NCBI RefSeq assembly: GCF_009914755.1 | Contig: NC_060925.1 | Source: the human T2T-CHM13v2.0 reference genome, Homo sapiens | Strand: one strand, 5' to 3' | Length of the DNA stretch: 64,000 bases | In this document: positions 42,586 through 54,812 of the stretch, piece by piece | How the letters are laid out: the number at the start of each line of letters is the position of its first letter | Numbering within the stretch: the first letter of the stretch is position 1 | Notes under the pieces: generated by a model | Databases searched by the model: none | What the model saw: only the letters and a program-made list of their open reading frames with translations | What the model was told of the DNA's origin: nothing | Position numbers and translations under genes: made by a program

Positions 42586-45231
42586 CTAGGAGTGTAAGGA
42601 AGGGCTCTTGGCAGCTGGTGATCTTTGAGCTGAAACTGAAGTAACAGCAGGACTTTTCCAGTGGTAGAAATGTGGGCAAGAACATTCTTGGGACAGAGAG
42701 TTTGAAGTCTGAAGGGCCATAAGCATGAGAAAAAATGTGTTTGGGGGGTAGAAAGAGTTAAATATTGGAGTGCAGAGTATAAGATATAGAGTGGTAACAA
42801 CCTAAGTAAGTGAAGACAAAATTGGATCATGAGCTGCCTTATAATGATGTTCTGAGGACATTAGATTGTATTCAATAGATTCTGTGGAGCCATTAAATTA
42901 CTTTGATGCCAAATTATCTGAAGTTCATATTAGATATATAATTCTGGGTGGTCTGTTAGGGAGACCAGTGAGAAGATTACTTTAATGGGATAGTAGCCTG
43001 ATATCACAAAGGATGCTGGAAATACGTTGTGATGGGGGTATCATAAAAAGAGAATGAATTCAAGAGGTATTTGTGGCTCTTGGTGATAAAATGGATGTTG
43101 GGAATGATGAGGAAATTCTAGGAAGTGGCCCTAGTCTCCAGTTCAGGCAACTTAGTGGAATATAGTGCCATTCACTGGCATGGCCACACAACAAGTATGA
43201 GTTTGTGCTGGAAGATGATGAGTTCAAATGTGTTGGGTTTGAGATACCTGGTTCATTATATGGTTTGACCTATTTGCTTGTTTCTTTATGATATTCACAG
43301 ATTAGACTGAAATATAGCATCAGAGATTATTTAGTCCGACAGGAGGACAATGAGACCAACAAAGGTCAGAAAATGGACCCAATGATATGCCAGAGGTAGA
43401 AATAAAAACACACATTGAATTATATTCTAATGTTATGATTTGGCACTCCTCTACTCTTAGCTTCTTCACTCGTCATCTCCATTCTTTAGGAAAGGGCAAA
43501 ATTAGAAAGAAAAACAGAACAGCGGATGGCAAAGACAAAATATGTCTAAGGAAGAAACATGTGACAGTGACTGAACTCCAGCTAGGGCCACTTGTCTTTG
43601 TGTTTAGAAATTAAAGAGTTCAAAAGATGGCCAGATGGAAAGCATTTCTCAACCCATCTCTTAAAACTGGTGCAGGGAGAAAGGGAAGGGGCTGGGGTAG
43701 GGCCAAGTAGGGGATCCAGAAAGGGAGTTGCCAAAGACAAACTTCCTTCAGCTTCCCCATTTTGCTTGCAATCATACAAAGAAAGCACGATGTACTCTCT
43801 CATCTCCCAGCATGCTTTCTCCATTCTGGAGCTCTGCACGCCCTGTTGCAAGGATGGTTTTGCATGAACTCTCTGATCCCACTGCTCCCAGGCAAGTGGC
43901 CCGGGAGCTCTTAGGGTATCAGCAGCAGCAGCCTTGAGACAAAGAGGGGCAGGTAAGGGAAGAAGAAGAGGGCTGGGCATTGGCTTAAAGACACTGCAGC
44001 TCTGGGTCTCTATGGTGACCCAAGCCCTCTGCCTTTCCTTTATCCTTTCAGACCCATCCTTCCGAAGGTCTCTTTTCTACCACTCCTCTTCCTGTAGCCA
44101 CCTTTATCAGATTGAAGACAAACGTGTAGGCCACGAGAACAATTTATCTTTTTGCTCCTGTGAAAAACCTTATTTTCAAACACTCGGTGAAATATCTGTG
44201 GCTGAGGCAGGTAGGCGAGAGAAACACACACACCTACAAAATCCCTCCTGTTGGTCTGGGCATTACCTATGAAACAAACACCAGGTGTTCCTTAAGGAGA
44301 AAACAGAAAGCAATTATCACCCCACCTGGATGGGCACACCTCTCAGGCAGGTAAGCAGCTCACTGCTGCGACTCCTGCTGCCTTGTCCCCAAGGCTGCCT
44401 TTGCCATAGTTCCAGAAGTCCCACACCCGGCGTCTCCTTGTTTTTACTTTTGTTGTTGTTGCTGTTGCTACTGCTTTGTGTTTGGACTCACTCTAATCTC
44501 TATGTCCTTGAGGACGTTGGAGAGCTAGGAAAGGGGCTGAGCTATGGCTTCTGACACAGTTCTCCAGCCCTTCTTTTTGGTTCCATCCATTTTCTCCTGG
44601 CATCTTTGGAAAGGGAGAGGCAGAGGCAAAGGAGGAGTGGTTGGGAAATGTCATGGCCCAGCAGCATAATAGAAAGGCAAAAAGATTTGCCTGGATGTGG
44701 CGTTTTGTTCTTAGAGCCAGAGTGATAGGCAGAAAACCAACCCCTTCCAGGCTGAGGCTGCCAGATCCTTCCCTTTGCAACCTGTGCCTGATATGCTCCT
44801 TCTAGTCCAGCTGCAGCTGGGCCAGGCTAAGGGATCAGCGAGGGAAGCTGGCCCACCTCCCAAGCCAACCAGAGTGAGGCAGAACTGAGCATCCTCCCCA
44901 CAACTGTCCCCAAGGCACGAGGGTTCTCTGAACAATGATTTTGATGATGGCAAATGTTGTGCCTCCCTACTTGCTTTCTTCCAGCCCTACACAGGTGCTC
45001 AGTTGTGACTCCTGAATCATATTATCGTGGGTGTTGTAGATGCAATGATTTGAATTAATATGCAAGCATGCAAATTTAAACAAATTAGGTGCCCAGATTA
45101 GCTAAACAAAAAGCCTCACTATCCATATTCTAGCATGGCCCTCAACCACACCCTGTCACTTCCTCACACCATTTGGAAAGCCTTCTGTTGTGGTTGACGC
45201 CTCCCAGAGCCAAGAGTCCCAGGCCTCTTAC

Positions 45232-45500
45232 CCTCTGGGTCTGGTTGTTGGTCACTAGTTCATAGATGGGGGCTGCTTTGGTCACCTCCAGCAGAACCGG
45301 CTCAGCAGGGGTGTCAGGGCTGGATGTCACATGACACAGGGGGCAGGACGAGGGGCATCGTCCCTTGCTCTGGCACTCCATGCGGACTCCAGCCGCCATG
45401 CGCTTGGTGCCGGAGTCTGACAAGCTGGTGATGTATTCTGGGAATGTCAGCACCTTGGGGTCTCTTTCCCGCTCCTCAGACTCATCTGATGGGGAGTTGC
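45232..45500 (-). CDS. ASTN1: ASTN1 coding exon (probably exon 17), [10 protein letters not shown]...VTNNQTQR; C-terminal part of the MACPF region
   Basis: Translation matches the ASTN1 protein as I recall it. Acceptor ctgcag|GC at 45501/45500, donor AGG|gtaaga at 45232/45231. Length 269 nt (2+267). Confidence 0.97.
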
Positions 45501-46477
45501 CTGCAGACACAAAATGGAAAGAAACAGTGAAGGAGTCAAAAAAGTAAGGACTATCATGACCTCGTGGCCCCTGAGTGCTGGGGTCCAATCTTTGGGATCA
45601 GAAACAGCCACTGAAGGGGTAAGAATGTGATTCTGCCATCCCACTTAATTTGGGGCACCCAACCTCCCAGCGACACACAGAGTTGGAAATGGCCCTTTTC
45701 AGTGAGAATCTAGGTTGTTCCTTTTCTGAGAATCATCAGCTCCACTGAATCTCTAGAGGGATCGGGCTCCATGCTGATGACCCTCAGCAAGAATACAAAC
45801 CATAACAGTGATTGTTCTATGACTCAATTTCTTCATCTATGAAGTAAAGATACGAATAGTATCTATGTCTAGCATTGGGTAATGAATGAATGGCAATTCC
45901 TTTTATAAAGCACATAACACAATGGCTAGCACATGGCAAACCATCATCATAATAGTTTTAATTATAAATATAGCTAAGATTTAGGAAGCCTGTACTATAA
46001 AAGTGAGATCCATTCAAGGTCTACTTTAACCTTTATGATAACTCTCTGCATGGCGTTCTATCATTATACTCAGTTTATAGATGAGGAAAATGAGGCCAAG
46101 AGCTTCAAGGTCCCACAGCTAGTAGATTGTGAGAGCTGGGATTTGAATCCACTTTTGTCTGATTCTTAAGTCTTTTAGGTCAGAGAGGAAGAAGAATAGA
46201 ACTCTGCTTCATTATTAATCAATGTATTGAAGATGGGAAGGGAATTTTGACTTTTTCAAAAAGATTTGCACTCCAAAACTTGAGAGATGGGTCCACATCA
46301 ATTTTGTTTGTTGAGTAAAGGATAGTTAAAGAATCTTTTGGTCTACTTTTGGTGACAAACATAGGAATTGCCTACCAGAGAATAATGGTTTGTTCTTTAT
46401 ACAAGAAAGCACTGCTTGGCATTTCTCTTCCCAGTCCTCATGATTCTCCATTTAACTTATTAATTCTAAAGGAAGAT

Positions 46478-47647
46478 TGAAGTAGTGTTTGCTGACAAAA
46501 AAGCACTGGGTTTCTGAGATTCATCACTTCTTTTTGCACAGTTGTAGTCCTGAATGTGAAACAGCTTCAGAGAGACCACTAAGCTTTTGGACATCCTGGA
46601 TATATACAGGACATTCATTCTGGCCCTCTCAGACTCATGAAGAATGCAATGGACAATGGGCTGGACCTTTGGAGGCACTGGTTGGAAGGATTTTTAAAGT
46701 GGTACCCGAAGGTGATTGTAGATATGACTCATCGACTTTATAAAAGAGTTCTCTCTTATGGGGTCCAGGGAGCTCTTTGTGATTCCCTTCTTGTTTGCTA
46801 TGTAATATGAGCCCATTTAGAAACATCACGAGGCATTTCAGCATTGTTGTTTCCCAGAGGAAACAATGAGGAAGTTTTACCTAGCACGTTAAGGCAAAGG
46901 ACTCTATGACTATAAATATGGCATATAATTCATCGCATACTTGCATTTTGTTTAATAATCGACCCAGAGCCAAGCTCAAACCCTTCCTTGATTATAAGAG
47001 AACTGTATAACTACTCAAACCAAAAATAAGAATGACGGCTTCAAATAGAACTAGCCCTCAAATCACTTCACCCATGACTAAATTTTCACTGACAGGGAGG
47101 CTTACGCAACCCAGTCAACTGTGTGGCTACGGGTATTTGCAAAGTGGCCACAAGCTGACCCAAGACTCCCCCCTCCTCCAGCCCCTCACCAGGCCCCCAA
47201 TCTTTTTCAATATACTGTACGGATTGGGCGGAGCGAGTGCGGGTGGGGTGAGGTCTTTGATCCTTGGTGTGATTTCTGGGCAAACAGCCCTTCATTAATG
47301 CCTCATGGCATTTCTAAATGGGCTCATATTACATAGCAATCAAGAACAGAATAGCAGAGAGCTCTCTGCACCCCATAAGAGAGAACTCTTTTTATGAAGT
47401 CGATGAGTTGTAGCTCATAATCACCTTCTGGAACCACTTTGCAAATCCTTACAACCAGTGCCTCCAAAGATCCAGCCTATCAAGCATCACATTCTGATGA
47501 GTCTGAGAGGAACAGAATGAGTGTTCTGTGTGTGTCCATCATTCCCCAAAGCCCAGTGGTCTCTCTGAAGCTGTTTCATGCAATGTATGGAAAAGGGCTC
47601 AAGCATTTCAGAAACCCAGTGCTTTTTTGTCAGCAAACTCTACTTCA
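46478..47647. repeat. Long imperfect inverted repeat: arms 46478-46837 and 47297-47647, 459-nt loop
   Basis: Hand alignment: a 43-bp block with 2 mismatches, an internal loop of 36 vs 26 nt, then a ~281-bp block at ~83% identity. Perfect runs of 31, 24, 23 and 29 bp. Confidence 0.95.
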
Positions 47648-47664
47648 TTAAGAAAGTAAGTAAA

Positions 47665-48040
<376 letters not shown>

Positions 48041-48632
48041 TTATTGAAATTTCGCCATGCAAGTCTTGCCAGAGGGCTTGAGGGTCTCCTGGTTGGCTCT
48101 TACCCACCTTCTAATTATACGCATTTCCTTACTGACCCGCAGCCCTCCTTGTTGAGAATTTGTTCGAGTCTGGGAAAAGAATTTCCACGACATGACCGCT
48201 AGATGGTGATATAAGTCTAAAATGACTTTCGTGAGCGGGAGGAAAAAAAAATGGATAAATCTCACTTTGGCACTGTAGAAAATAAACTATGAAAAAGTAA
48301 CACACGGCTACTTTAAAAAAATGTTGTGGAGGTACAATTTTTCTTTAACCGGAGAATAAAAAATTAGAGACTAAAACAATTCCGTAACATTTACCCGACA
48401 GAGAAAAATATAGAGGGGCATAGATGATGACAGGATAATTAAAGGAAAATTAAATTCCGAAGGGAAAATAACCCCTACCCCCAATATCCTTAACATGGAG
48501 TAAACACTACTTCAAAGGGGAAGTAATATGCCACCAGTGCCTTTTCTCGCACCTTAAATCCCCAAATACCCAGGCATGCTCCCCACGCCCCCTCCTCTCA
48601 TTACTAAGCATGTACCGTGCTCATGACAAATG

Positions 48633-48651
48633 CGGCCACTAGAGGGCGCTG
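48633..48651 (+). promoter_or_regulatory. CTCF binding motif (forward)
   Basis: CGGCCACTAGAGGGCGCTG matches the CCASYAGRKGGCRS consensus fully and lies in a CpG-rich context. Confidence 0.8.
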
Positions 48652-51249
48652 CGACCACAAACACTCCGGAGCTGAGGGTCCGAGGGCCTTCCTGCCCTCC
48701 AGCTGGCCATCGCTGGGTCCTGTCATAGCTGTAAACATCTGAGGGGTTGCTCCCCTTGCTACTGTTTTCTGGCGATCCCAATTAAAATCAAGATGCAGCG
48801 AATCCCCCTCAAAGCCCTTCAGTTCTAGATACCTAGCAAGATTAGGGAGTAGAGAGGAATGGGAAGGATGTAGAAATCCGTGGAGGGAACCCACCAAACT
48901 CTTGTTTTAATTCAGAATCATATTTTCTGTCTCCGGAAAACCTTCAGGTCCACATAAAAAGAGCCCCGCCGGAGGCCAAGACCCACTGCCTTCTGGTCCC
49001 CTCGCCAAACAGGATGGGGCTGTCTGGAGAGGAGCTGGATTTGCACAGGAGTGATGAGCAGCAAGCTCCCAAAAGCTATCTATTCAGTTTCCAGCAAAGA
49101 ATAGAGATGTGTGTGTGAGGGAGATTTTTCAAAGAAGAAATGCATTTCCTATGTTCAGTTAAAGATACAATTGGGAAGTACTCTTTAAAATGATGGAGTC
49201 CAATGGTGAAAGCCCAGATAAATCTCCCTTAGCCCAAAGAGAGCACCTATAACCATCACGTCTGTGGTAAGTGAGAGTCGTTCAGGTCCTAAAAGCTTCA
49301 GGAGAGGCTGATCTTTGACCGTTGCTTTTAACTCCTCCTGTGTGGGAGTGAACAGTGGGGGAGGTTTGTGTGTGGAGTGTTGCAGAAGAAGACCCCGCCT
49401 TACTTCCTTGTGAATCAATGGCTCACCCCCTCCACTGCCCACACCTATTACAGTTCTTTAGGGCATCTTCCCTCTTCTACCCTCTAGAGTCTGAGTAGAA
49501 CTGCTCTAGAGGTTGGAGACACTATGCTGTCTTTTAGCAAAATAAATATTCTAGTCCAATAAATACACTGCCTCTCTGGACAGAAGAAATAAGCTACAAT
49601 TAAGGTCTCAAAATCTTATAATTGACAAAGGTGCCTTTTGATAAAGAATACCCAGGTGTGGCTCCCTCCCACCTCTGTTTGCAGAATTCACTCCACTGTT
49701 GTCAGGGAAGGTCCGGAGTCCAGTCAGGACACTTCAGTTTCTTACAAATAGAAGAACATCCAACCTGGAATGTAGTTAACAATCCTAAAACTGCAAAGCA
49801 TTTTGCAAATACAGCTTGCTATAAATAAATGCCATTTGCTTTAGGCTAAATCTGTATCCTACAGCATACAGTGGATGAGTTTCCCCAATAGAATATTGTG
49901 GTATGAGAATATCGCGTCCTTAAAGCTCAACATGTCATTGTGGATGTGCACATGGCCTTAGGCATGTATATAGTGGCCCACCTAAATTCAGGAGCACATG
50001 AGGGTGACAAAAGTGACCGTCCCATTCTCATGCAGGGTCTGCTCTTCTGGTGGTAACTGACAGGCCATGAGGTGAATTAGTTGTTAGGAAGTAAATTGGT
50101 ACAATTCCTATAGGATTCTGAGGCTGCTTAAGAATCTCTCTCCTGAGTTGCTGCCTAAGGCAATGAGATGCTAATGACATCACGGCTAGAATGACAGAAG
50201 CAGTTCATTAGGCAGCAAAGAAATCAAATGCAAGCTAATCAAATCCCAGCTTTTGGAGACAGCTTAGGATCTACAGGAAAGAAGGCTTGATGTGGGGCAA
50301 ATGAAGCACAGCCACCCTGAAGCCCACCAAAACCCTGCATTCCAGGATCTACCCCAACCCCCACCCCAGTCTACTGCTCAAGCCAGATGTCCTCGAGTCA
50401 TCAAAATTCACACAGAAGTCTATCCACCCAGTCTCTAATCAGTCTCTTGGGATGTACAATCATGTCTTTGGACAGAGAGATCACTATGGACTTAAAATGA
50501 ACTGCTAGACCTGCCATGATGACATACTCTCTGAGCTCAAATAAAACACAATGCAATGGATTAATAATTAGGGAAAAGAAGATAGGACATAAACTGACCA
50601 TCTTTTTCTCCACTTCTACATGAAATAATAAGTGCCTTGGGGTCAGGAACTATGTCTTTTTTACCTTTGAAACGTCTTTGCCTAGTTTAGTTCTACATAT
50701 CTATCTCCATATATCCATGAACATATTGGAGTGAATATATTAAGTCATGATCTTAGGTTCACATTTTTACAAAAAGTCAAACACAAAGAAGAAAACCAAA
50801 CCATTTGTAAACAGTTCTCTAGTCCTTTACTAACACATCAAACAGTAAAGAAGAAAGGAGAAAGCATTATTCTGATGACAGCCAAGTCTATATACCTGGC
50901 CAGGATCTCTCCCACAAGTAACAAAACCTCAATATGCTTGCTTGGACATCTACTTATATGTCCTACAGACACCTCAAACTCAACATGTCCCAAACTGTGG
51001 TCGTCATTTCCTCCGTACTCTCCTCAGCAGCTATTCCTCGTCGTGCAGGTCCTAACTCAGCAAAACGCACTGCTAACTTCCTAGTTGCTCAAGTCAGAAA
51101 TTACAGCTTCCTTGCTGGTGTGTTTCTCTCTCTCTCTCTCTTTCTCCCCACCCCATCAACTAATCTTATGAAATTTACATTCATTTTAGCCCCACACCAT
51201 CCACTTCTCTTGCTCCATGCCCACGGCCACTCAAGGGCTGTGTAAAGTG

Positions 51250-51470
51250 TGTGGCCTGAGGCAGACTGCCTGGGTTTGATCTCTGACCTTACCAGTTGCT
51301 AACTGTGTAATTTGGGGTGAATTTCTTAATCTTCCTGTGTTTGAACTTTCTCATACATAAACTGGAGATAATAACTGAACTGATTTAGTAAAGGTGTAGG
51401 AAAGGCTAACTAATATAATTCGCAAAGACAGTTTAGAACCGAGCCTGGGATATATTGAGTGCTTTCTAAA
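51250..51470 (+). mobile_element. MIR SINE
   Basis: gcagactgcctgggtttgatctctgaccttacc...ctgtgtaatttgggg. Confidence 0.7.
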
Positions 51471-54383
51471 TTTACTTATTCTCTCAATGCCTGTTCACTT
51501 ACCTGCCCTGCTCACCACCAACACCATCGGATGGCAGGTGCCTTGAAGGACAAAATTATGCCTTGTTCTCCACTATAATATCCCACATGCCTAATATGTA
51601 ATACACACTAATGTATTCAACAATTCATTAAACAAATATTCATTAAATGACTACAAGTGTTTGTTGACTTAATAAATCATGTCTAAAGACTTGCATACAA
51701 AATGACTACACTATATATTCTGCAGGTACAAACTAGATAGGATGGGTTTAAATTCGTCTGGGGCATTGCTGTTCTGGGTTCTTTTGAGATGCTCTGGGTT
51801 CTTTTAAGAAGAGGGGCATCAATCCAGAGTGGGTTCTACTACTTTTGGGTGCAAATAGGAATTCTTCAAAGATAACCTAGTTGCAGAGATTTGGGGAAAG
51901 ACTGCAAAAAGTTCATTTTGCAAATTTTCTAAAACATACAAACACATCTCAAAGATCATTAATTCCCTTGGGATGTGAGCACTTAAGCTTAAGAAAGGGA
52001 GCAGCCAGGTCTTGTGCTGAAGGGCAGACAGTGTGGTTCAATATGGTGAGAAAATCTGGGAAACTTGTAGCCAATAATGTCACAAAGTGGCAAAAGGGTA
52101 TATCTGGTGTCCTGGGTCAGTGAAACCACGGGTACCAAAGAGCAGCTGGGGTGAAAGGTAAACTTCTCCCTGTGGGAGCAGTTGGATGTAGCTCCGGGAG
52201 GAAAAGTACTTGCAGTCATACTGGGATTTGGCATATATGCTCTCCATCACCAGCAAAAAAGGCAGTGGCTGTGGTAGCAAGAGAGTGCCAATCTGAACCC
52301 AAGGATGGTCATGTGATGGAGCATGAAACCCTGCGTCTTCTGCAGTTTTGCTATGCTGCCCAGTCTCAGTCTGCACACAAGGAGCCCTTCCCAGTCTCCA
52401 GCCTCACATTCAGCTACTCATCAACTCAGAGTAAACACACCTTTCTTTGGGATTAAATAATGGAAAAACTAGTGGTTCACAACTGTCCAACACATCCAGA
52501 AATAGTCCCGAATCCAAAGGGTTTATGTTCTTGTCCCTTCTCACAAATGAATTTGCACAAGTTGAAAACAAATCTTTTGTCAGAATGTACCAGTACTTTT
52601 TGTTCCAAAATTAAGGTTACTATATGCTTCAGACCCTGTTCTTTGGTAATTGTTCAAGAAGTTTCTGGAACTAGCAAGAAGTCTTTGTCATAATCATGCC
52701 CTGCAGCCGGTCCCTCAAGAGCAGTATCTATAGGTACTGTAAGGTCCACTGAGATAATTAGCAGCCATCAGATACCCACAGGGCACCTCCGCAAAATGTC
52801 ATTAACTGGAATGTTCGAGAAAAGATGTCTTTCGGAAAAAAAGATTTAATTGATACTTACCCAGAAAATGCTTACGTTCCCTCCAATCCCTGTTGACGTT
52901 TTTCTTTTCTAAAAATGCAGTTTTCCAATTTCCTGCCTGCCTCATGAAGCGTTGCCTACCAAACAGCATTAAACCTTTCCCCAGGGAGCCTCCAGGTGAT
53001 GGTTTTATTCATCAATTATGACTATGCGGATTTGGAAGCTGTAGGAAAAATGGTATCTATACCCCGAACAGCTTTTTAAAAATTGATCGATAACATACAG
53101 TGGTATTTTCTGAAGATTTTCCCTTCTTAATAGGCATGTTGTCAAACAAATAACGGTCTGGTTGAGGTTCCCGGCTAATTAGGTTTATGTTAAACTGAGG
53201 TTTTGGTGTAGATGCCGTGGTTTGCCTTTGCCAAAAGGTGTTAGTCAGCATTGGCATGGAACAGTGAATTTAATAACGAATTGACTAAACAGCCTCCCGT
53301 ATGCTTCTTTCTGCTCAGTAATGGTCAGTTCCATTTGGAATGAGAGGTTGGGTCAAAGAAATGATGGGATAGTAGAATTTTCTAAGAGATTAATAAAACA
53401 CAAAAACAGCCTTTGAAACTTAGCTGTGACCCCAATTGCATCCCTTTATGAATCACAAACTTAGTGTAAAAAATAAAGAACAAATTGCTCAGCGAGGCAG
53501 ACACCTCTGTAAGGATTCCTGAGATCCAGCTCTACACAGCCCATGCATCTTAAGAGGAACAAGAATTAAATCCAAGAACTGCTGGGAAGCCCTAAAGCTT
53601 TCACTCCTCAAAGGAAGTCTTCTAATCAGCTAGACTGTTAGTTCCCAGTGGGCAAGAAGCTGCCTTATGCTTGAGTTGCCATGGTTCTCACCCAGTGCTT
53701 TACACTTGGAAGCATTCAAGAAATACATCAGGATGGAGAGAAGCAAAGGGGATTTAGCCTAAAATTCCTCAAATGACAACCCAAAGCCTCATGACAACTC
53801 ACCATAGGCAAGGCTGGGAATGTAAGGCACCTCCATGGGATTTTCCTAAAGCATCTGCTAAGCGCATATACGTGGGGGAGTATGGGAGACCAAGCTGACA
53901 CCATAGCTGCCTCCACCTTTGCACACCCTATAAAGTGTTTCCTTCTCTCTCTCTCTCTCTCTCCCCATTTCTTCCCATATATTTTTTGAGAGCTACTCTG
54001 CTCCCATCATTCCTTGCAGAACTAATTCTACTGGTACTTTGTGCCTGAGTCCAGAGGAGCCCGGACCTCGCTGTGCCAGTGCTTGGCTTTATGGCCTCTG
54101 TCCCACTCACTCCCAGGGCGAAGTGAGGATGTACCCCTCTGCATGTCCTTAGAGCCTAGCACTCGGTACTCTGCAGGAGCTCCCTCTGTCTCAGCTGAAT
54201 TGTAGTAAATTTGTGTGTGCATTATCTTATACCTACATTTTGAAACCTTTCGTATGGCAATTTTAAGTGTACTTGATTCCGTTTTTTCATTTGCCTCCTA
54301 CACTCCTCCTTTTTGATTCACCAGATGCCTTTCTTGTGACTCAGAGCTAATCACCAAGGCTCTTGTTCTTATCAAATCCCTTC

Positions 54384-54812
54384 CTCTTAGTTTCCTAGGG
54401 CTGCTATAACAAACCATCAGCAATTGAGGCACTTAAAACAACAGCATGCATTCCCTTCCAGTTCTGGAGTCTTCAAGTTCAAAATCAAGGTGTGGTCAGG
54501 GCCATGCCCCCTTTGAAAACTCTAGGGAAATATCCTTCTTTGTGTCTTCCCAGCTTCTGGTGGCTCCCAGCTGTCCTTGGCACTCCTTGGCTTATAGCTG
54601 CCTCACACTAATCTTGGCCTCAGTTATCACGCGGCTTTCTTTTCTGTGTGTCTGTGTCCAAATCTCCCCCTCATTTCTCTTATAAAGACACTAGTCGTTG
54701 AAGGTAGTCTAGGGTCACCTCATCTTAATGTAATTACATTTGCAAAAACAGGTCACATTCTGAGGTTCCGGGCAGGCATGAATTTGGAAGGACACTGTTC
54801 CAGCCACGACAG
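54384..54812 (-). mobile_element. MLT1 (MaLR) LTR
   Basis: ttagtttcctagggctgctataacaaa...aaatcaaggtgtggtcagggccatgc...ggtcacattctgaggttcc. Confidence 0.8.

Noticed and set aside
45400-45402. Idea that His/Arg at this codon reflects A-to-I editing directed by the long hairpin
   Set aside because: The G is genomic here, and neither arm is complementary to the exon.
52460-52693. ORF containing LVVHNCPTHP, reminiscent of the pogo/Tigger transposase motif LLLDNCPAHP
   Set aside because: The catalytic Asp is absent, the downstream QPLD motif is missing, and I see no TIRs. It needs a tblastn/Dfam hit to be credible.
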